A stretch of 64,000 nucleotides of DNA from an uncultured Gemmatimonadales bacterium (GTDB lineage Bacteria; Gemmatimonadota; Gemmatimonadetes; Gemmatimonadales; GWC2-71-9), in the NCBI GenBank assembly GCA_963728915.1, contig CAVSLV010000001.1:960001-1024000 (forward strand), read 5' to 3'. The position numbers and the translations under genes were made by a program. How positions within the stretch are numbered: the stretch's first letter is position 1; each line of letters starts with the position of its first letter. This document shows, piece after piece, positions 58,792 through 64,000 of this stretch. The notes under the pieces were generated by a model, which was not told the origin of the DNA, searched no databases, and worked only from the letters and a program-made list of their open reading frames with translations.

Positions 58792-60485
58792 GCGCGCCAA
58801 GTCCGGAGCGATCCGGCGGCCGCGTTCCGGACCGGGAGATCCTTGTCGTTCTGGAGCCGCTCAAGAAGGTCCCGGGCTTCGGGCACCTGGATCTTGGCGA
58901 CCGCATACGCCGCACAGGTCCGGACCTCGCTGGACTCCTTCCGGCGGAAGAGCCCCTTGGGTTCGATCAGCTCGCTGAGCTGCGGAAGCACCGCCGGCCC
59001 CCCCAGGACCGCATAGGCCTCGAAGAATTGGCGCCGTTCCGCTCGTTCGAGCTCGTAATCACCCTTCCCCAGGACCACGTTCTCGAGGCGTCGCAGGGCT
59101 CCCCGATAACCGCGCTCGACCACCAGAGTGACCGCGGCAAGCCGGACCCCTCGGTCGGAATCGTCAAGGCCTTTCTCCAGCGCCGCCAGGGCCCCGGGCG
59201 ATCCGATCACACCGAGAGCCTGAATCGCCCCCCGACGCGCTCCCGCTTCGCGATGCGCGAGGAGCTTGTCGAGCGCGGGGACCGCTGCCCCCAGCTTGAG
59301 GCGTCCGGCCAGCGCGATGGCCCCTGAGAGCGCCTCGGACTCCAGATTGCCCAGCAACCCCAACAGGGTTTCCACGTGCGCGGCCCCAAGCCGGTCCACC
59401 GACTGCTCCAGCGTCCGCCGCACCGCGGGCCGCTTGAGGCTGGGCAGAAACGTCAGCATGGTCTCCAGCCCCTTGGCGTGCAGCTCGCCCAGCACCATGC
59501 CAATGTCCTCGTCCTCAAAGACAACGGTGGAGTCTTCCAGGGCCTGAAGGAGCTGGGCCAGAATGGCCGGCTCGGAGAGACTGGCCTGGAAGGACTCGAG
59601 CCGGCCCCGCAGGGTCGGGTCCAGGACCGTGATGCGCTGCGCGATCGTACGAAACTCACGGAGCAATTGCGCGACGGTTCGGAACTCGCCCCGGTTGAGC
59701 AGGTTGGGGAACAACTGATCGAAGAGATCGAGCACTTCGGCGCGAATGGCCGGAGAGGGCTGGAGCTCGAAGGTATCGAGCAGCGCGTCAAACGCTGCCT
59801 GGCGGACGTCCCGGGTGTATTCCTGGGCAACCTGGTCCGCCAGCCTCTGGACCTCCTGCGGCTCCAGGAAGTACAGGGTGGAGTCGAACTCCTCCATCTC
59901 CGGAAGCAGTCCCTGATTCTGGACCACTTCGGTGACCACGTGTTCATGGTTGGTGGCGGCCGCCGCTTCAGGCTCGGCCCCACCGAATCCCATGGGCCGG
60001 GCTTCCAGCGCCGGGGCGCCGTCACCGGTGCTCTCGGCGAACTGATAGTCGATGAAGAGAAACTCCTGCTCCCAAAGGAGGGTGAGCAGGTCATCCGCGG
60101 CGTCGCCGGCCAGGAGGCGAGCCCGGGTCACCACCTGGAGAAAAGTGACCACCTCCTCGGTCTCCACGCCGGGCCGGAACCGGAGCATCCGCATTCCGTC
60201 CTTGTAGAGCATCCACGCCAGGCTCTCGGCGCGGTTCGGCTGGTGATACACCACCTGCTCTTCCCAGAGGAGATCGGTCTCGGTCACGGTGAGCACGAGG
60301 TGCGGCGTGCTGGACCAGATCGGGAGGAAGGATTCCTGGATGGCCTGCTGGCTCCGCTGGTACATCGGATTGTTCGGCGGGTACATCTGAAAGGCGCGAA
60401 GCCCCTTGTGAATCACCTTCACGAGCTCTTCCACCTGCTGGGCGGGCAGGGCCAGATCGGCGCCGGAGGGAGGAGGCATCGTCAC
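58788..60485 (-). CDS. HEAT-repeat protein
   Basis: C-terminal HEAT units (ARRGAIQALG, DSDRGVRLAA, EVRTCAAYAV, DLPVRNAA). Confidence 0.85.
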   Translation of the reverse strand: MTMPPPSGADLALPAQQVEELVKVIHKGLRAFQMYPPNNPMYQRSQQAIQESFLPIWSSTPHLVLTVTETDLLWEEQVVYHQPNRAESLAWMLYKDGMRMLRFRPGVETEEVVTFLQVVTRARLLAGDAADDLLTLLWEQEFLFIDYQFAESTGDGAPALEARPMGFGGAEPEAAAATNHEHVVTEVVQNQGLLPEMEEFDSTLYFLEPQEVQRLADQVAQEYTRDVRQAAFDALLDTFELQPSPAIRAEVLDLFDQLFPNLLNRGEFRTVAQLLREFRTIAQRITVLDPTLRGRLESFQASLSEPAILAQLLQALEDSTVVFEDEDIGMVLGELHAKGLETMLTFLPSLKRPAVRRTLEQSVDRLGAAHVETLLGLLGNLESEALSGAIALAGRLKLGAAVPALDKLLAHREAGARRGAIQALGVIGSPGALAALEKGLDDSDRGVRLAAVTLVVERGYRGALRRLENVVLGKGDYELERAERRQFFEAYAVLGGPAVLPQLSELIEPKGLFRRKESSEVRTCAAYAVAKIQVPEARDLLERLQNDKDLPVRNAAAGSLRTWRA

Positions 60486-60573
60486 GGGGCAAACCTCACG
60501 GGATCGGCGGTTGCCGTCGGAGGAGTGGCAAGACTCTCGTAAAATAGCACCCCATCAGCAGTTGCCCATACTA

Positions 60574-60624
60574 TTGAATTTCGGCCTTTATTCGGGTATA
60601 TTATGGTATCTCTTCGGGTATAAT
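60574..60624 (+). promoter_or_regulatory. lexA promoter with candidate LexA operator repeats
   Basis: TTGAAT-N17-TATATT, overlapped by TTCGG at 60580, 60591 and 60613 and TATGG at 60602 (11-bp period). Confidence 0.65.
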
Positions 60625-60626
60625 TG

Positions 60627-61235
60627 ATGCCACTCACCAAACGTCAGCGCGAAATCCTGAGTTTCCTCGAGAATCACATCAGGAGTCATGGGTACGCCCC
60701 CAGTATGGAGGAAATCGCGGACCATTTCTCCCTCCAGTCTCTTTCGACGGTTCACGAGCACCTGGCCAATCTGGAGCAGAAGGGAGCGATTCGCCGGAGC
60801 TACAACGAGAGTCGGGGCATAGAGATCCTCCCTCCCCGGGGCATTAGTGGAGCGACTGAAATCCCCCTCCTGGGTGTGGTGGCAGCCGGCCTGCCCATCG
60901 AAGCCGTGCTTCACCAGGAATCTCTGGCCGTGCCGGACAGCATGCTTCCCTCGCGGGGACCGAACTATGCCCTGCGCGTCCGTGGTGACTCCATGGTCGA
61001 CGAGCATATCGTCGACGGAGACTACGTCGTGGTTCACGGCCGCCAGAGCGCGGACAACGGAGAGGTCGTCATCGCATTGGTCAACGGCTCGGAAGCCACC
61101 GTCAAGAAATTCTATCGCGAGCCAGGGGGTTGGATCCGTTTGCAGCCCGCCAACCCGGCAATGGCCCCGCTCCGCTTTCCCGAACACGACATCCTCATTC
61201 AAGGGGTCGTGGTAGGAGTGATCCGCCGCTACTGA
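60627..61235 (+). CDS. lexA: SOS repressor LexA
   Basis: LTKRQREIL, PSMEEIA HTH, VAAG cleavage site, GDSM Ser, TVKK Lys. Confidence 0.97.
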   Translation: MPLTKRQREILSFLENHIRSHGYAPSMEEIADHFSLQSLSTVHEHLANLEQKGAIRRSYNESRGIEILPPRGISGATEIPLLGVVAAGLPIEAVLHQESLAVPDSMLPSRGPNYALRVRGDSMVDEHIVDGDYVVVHGRQSADNGEVVIALVNGSEATVKKFYREPGGWIRLQPANPAMAPLRFPEHDILIQGVVVGVIRRY

Positions 61236-61291
61236 GCGCCGGTCTTCCGGCCTCGCCTCACCACAGGTCTCCCCTGCTAAATTGCGGCACG

Positions 61292-62056
61292 ATGCCGCGC
61301 ACCGTGCTGATCACGTTGCACTACGACGGCGGGCGGTTCGTCGGATGGCAACGACAAGCGCGAGGGCGTACCGTCCAGGCAGAGCTGGAGCTCGTGCTCG
61401 AGCGCCTCACCGGCTCGGCGATCAGGGTGCACGCGGCTGGACGCACCGATGCCGGGGTCCATGCGGCCGGATTGGGGGTCAGCGCGGTGGTACCCGAGCG
61501 GTGGACCACCGGCGATCTGCGCCGGGGACTGAACGCCTTGTTGCCGGAGGATTGCTGGGTGGCCGCCTGCCAGGAAATGAAACCCGGATTCCACGCCCGC
61601 AAGTCTGCCGCGTCTCGACGCTACCGGTATGTGCTCGGCACCGACGAGGGCTCGAGGTCGCCTTTCCGGCATCGGTTCGAATGGGCGCTGGGTGAACCGG
61701 TAAGCGGGGCCGCCCTGCACCAGGCCGCGGCTCTGCTTCCGGGAGAACACGATTTCACCGGGTTCAGCGTACGGAGCTCGCCTCGGGAACACAAGCGCTG
61801 CCGGATCCTGGTCTGCCGGTGGGAGGCCCGCTCGCCAGGGCGCGGCTTCGAGCTCGAGATCCAGGCCGACCGCTTTCTGCATCACATGGTGCGGATGCTG
61901 GTTGGGACCATGGTCGACATTGCCCGAAACCGCCGCCCCGCGGCCGATCTGGCCGCAGTCCTGGCGGGGGAGCCCGGGGTTCGAACCAGCCCTCCCGCCC
62001 CGCCCCAAGGTCTCTACTTCGTCGCCGCGGAGTATCCAGCAGAATGCTACGCCTGA
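61292..62056 (+). CDS. truA: tRNA pseudouridine(38-40) synthase
   Basis: YDG..F.GWQRQ, AGRTDAGVHA, FHAR, FLHHMVR, APPQGLYF. Confidence 0.96.
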   Translation: MPRTVLITLHYDGGRFVGWQRQARGRTVQAELELVLERLTGSAIRVHAAGRTDAGVHAAGLGVSAVVPERWTTGDLRRGLNALLPEDCWVAACQEMKPGFHARKSAASRRYRYVLGTDEGSRSPFRHRFEWALGEPVSGAALHQAAALLPGEHDFTGFSVRSSPREHKRCRILVCRWEARSPGRGFELEIQADRFLHHMVRMLVGTMVDIARNRRPAADLAAVLAGEPGVRTSPPAPPQGLYFVAAEYPAECYA

Positions 62057-63474
62057 AGCTGTCCGCATGGCTGATTCCCCTGGTGTCGCTCTTCCTGGCG
62101 GTCCAGCCCGCCTGCGGCCAGGAACCCGGATCCGCGGCTCCTCCGGCGGCCCCGGCGCAACGCCGATCGGAGTCGGCGGCACTGACCGGCTCGCGTCGAA
62201 CGGCCATGGTGGACGCGGCCAACCGGGTGGCCGGGTCCGTGGTATCCATCAACGTGACCTCCCGGCAGCGCGTGACCGAGCGGGATCCCTGGGATTTTTT
62301 CTTCATTCCCCGCACCACCGAGCGGGTCGTCCAGTCCACCGGCACCGGCTTCGTGATCAAGCCCGACGGAGTGATAATCACCAATCAACACGTCGTCGCC
62401 GGGGCCGAGACCATCGCGGTCACGCTGTCGGATGGAACCGATCTCACCGGGAGCCTGGTGGGCGAGGATCCCATCACCGATATCGCCGTCGTGCGGGTGC
62501 CTCGAAAGAATCTGCCGGTGGCCCCGGTGGGAACCAGCAGCGACCTGATGATCGGAGAGTGGGTCGTCGCGCTGGGCGACCCCTATGCCTATCTCCTGGG
62601 GAATACCGAGCCGACCGTCACCGCCGGCGTGGTGAGCGGCGTGCACCGCAACATCCTTCCCAATCAGGACCAGCCGGGCCTGTATCTCGACATGATCCAG
62701 ACCGACGCCGCGATCAATCCGGGGAATTCCGGAGGACCGCTCGCCAACGCGCTCGGTGAAGTCGTCGGCGTCAATTCTTCCATCTTCACGGGCGGTGGAG
62801 GCTCGATCGGATCGATCGGCCTGGGTTTCGCCATTCCGATCGAACGCGCCATCCGGGTGGCCGATGAAATCCTGTCCAGCGGGAGAATGCGGCGAGCCTG
62901 GACCGGGCTGGAAGTGGGTGGCCAGGGCGCCATGCAGGACTGGAAGCGGCAGGGAGGAGTCACCATCACCCGCGTGGCTCCCGGCGGCCCCGCCGCGAAG
63001 GGAGGGCTGGCTCTGGGCGACGTCCTCCTCGAGGCCAATGGGCGCCGTCTGAGGAACTACCTGGACTGGGAGGCAGTCAAACTGGACCTGCATGTCGGGG
63101 ACCGGGTCACCCTGAAAGCCAAGCGGGGCCCGACCGAGAGCAGCCGCACTCTGACCGCCGGCGACCTGCCGACCAGCACGGCCACCAAGGTGACCGTGTT
63201 GCGTGGACTCGAGCTGGTCTCGGTCACGTCCGCCATCAAGGCGGAGCGCGGAATCAACTCTGAGCGTGGAGCGCTGGTGGTCCGGATCAGCGACGAGGTG
63301 CGCAACGGCACCGGACTGGACGAGGGTGATGTGATCCTCGCGATCAACCGGACTCTGGTCACCTCCGCGCAACAGGTGGGCGACCTGATCGAGGCTTCGC
63401 GCAACAACCAGGCGTTCCGGATCTACTTCGAGCGGGGCGGATCGAACATGTTCACCGATCTCATCTTCCGGTGA
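62044..63474 (+). CDS. HtrA/DegP-like serine protease with two PDZ domains
   Basis: GTGF, TNQHVV, TDIAV, IQTDAAINPGNSGGPL, GLGFAIP. Confidence 0.93.
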   Translation: MLRLKLSAWLIPLVSLFLAVQPACGQEPGSAAPPAAPAQRRSESAALTGSRRTAMVDAANRVAGSVVSINVTSRQRVTERDPWDFFFIPRTTERVVQSTGTGFVIKPDGVIITNQHVVAGAETIAVTLSDGTDLTGSLVGEDPITDIAVVRVPRKNLPVAPVGTSSDLMIGEWVVALGDPYAYLLGNTEPTVTAGVVSGVHRNILPNQDQPGLYLDMIQTDAAINPGNSGGPLANALGEVVGVNSSIFTGGGGSIGSIGLGFAIPIERAIRVADEILSSGRMRRAWTGLEVGGQGAMQDWKRQGGVTITRVAPGGPAAKGGLALGDVLLEANGRRLRNYLDWEAVKLDLHVGDRVTLKAKRGPTESSRTLTAGDLPTSTATKVTVLRGLELVSVTSAIKAERGINSERGALVVRISDEVRNGTGLDEGDVILAINRTLVTSAQQVGDLIEASRNNQAFRIYFERGGSNMFTDLIFR

Positions 63475-64000
63475 GCGAGCTTCGGTACCAGTCTCCGCTG
63501 GGATCCCGGTATGCGTCGCCGGCGATGCAGATCCTCTGGGGAGAAACCCATCGAGCTTCCCTCTGGCGGAAGCTCTGGCTCGCCCTCATGGAGTCCCAGC
63601 GCGAGCTGGGGCTGGCGATCCCCGATCAGGCCATCGCCGAGCTTCGGCGACACCTCGAGGATCCCGATCTGGCCGCGGTAGCGCAGTATGAGCGACGGTT
63701 TCGCCACGACGTCATGGCGCACATCCACGCCCTCGGGGACCAGGCCCCCGCGGCCCGGCCGTTCCTCCATCTCGGGGCGACGAGTGCGTACGTCACGGAC
63801 AACGCCGACCTTCTGGTGATCCGGGAATCGCTCCAGCTCATTCTGGGGCGATTGCTGGCCTTGCTCCGCACGCTGGCCACCTTCGCGGCGCGCCACGCGT
63901 CGCTGCCTTGTCTGGCCTATACCCACTTCCAGCCGGCCCAGCTGACCACCGTCGGGAAGCGCGCGGTGCTCTGGGCCCAGGATTTCGGGCTGGATATCGA
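63471..64000 (+). CDS. purB: adenylosuccinate lyase, 3' partial (not in ORF track)
   Basis: From GTG: SELRYQSPLGSRYAS...RHDVMAH...HLGATSAYVTDNAD...AYTHFQPAQLTTVGKRA. Confidence 0.93.
   Translation, partial: MSELRYQSPLGSRYASPAMQILWGETHRASLWRKLWLALMESQRELGLAIPDQAIAELRRHLEDPDLAAVAQYERRFRHDVMAHIHALGDQAPAARPFLHLGATSAYVTDNADLLVIRESLQLILGRLLALLRTLATFAARHASLPCLAYTHFQPAQLTTVGKRAVLWAQDFGLDI

Noticed and set aside
56614..59016. 800-aa plus-strand ORF, and similar long antisense ORFs (e.g. 23794-25575, 43316-44971, 9481-11349, 31567-33114)
   Set aside because: They lie antisense to well-supported genes and lack motifs; these are shadow ORFs expected in high-GC DNA.
1..64000. CRISPR array, prophage or recognisable anti-phage defence genes
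   Set aside because: No regularly spaced repeats, cas genes, phage structural genes or defence motifs were recognised by eye.

Overview
GC-rich bacterial chromosomal window; gene content and order suggest Gemmatimonadota (inference, not verified). It holds about 55 genes: a partial Ig-repeat surface protein, tRNA-Leu(CAA), an O-antigen-ligase-like gene pair, an ECF sigma/anti-sigma/Spy-like cassette, and a secreted peptide-degradation operon (M16 pair, amidohydrolase pair, S46, S9B) with a local cluster of frameshifts. Further on are rplU-rpmA, RNase E/G, VPS10/penicillin-acylase/LVIVD-DUF305 genes, recQ, a TPPII-like subtilase, a B12-dependent acyl-CoA mutase operon with isobutyryl-CoA-mutase residues interrupted by an eRF1/Pelota-like gene, aspS-phoH-ybeY-CBS-CBS, rlmN, a HEAT/HD-GYP/MCP-folK-yqeK operon, lexA, truA, htrA and partial purB. 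The most novel element is a ~3.5 kb visibly AT-richer islet (about 18.98-22.4 kb) next to an IS3 remnant. It encodes a CxxC thioredoxin-like lipoprotein, a 59-aa secreted six-cysteine peptide missed by the ORF track (20865-21044), a 6-bladed beta-propeller lipoprotein, a stand-alone TonB-receptor plug-like protein and a divergent orphan LuxR-type response regulator, together a candidate disulfide-peptide system. A candidate new LexA operator (11-bp-periodic TTCGG repeats) also stands out.
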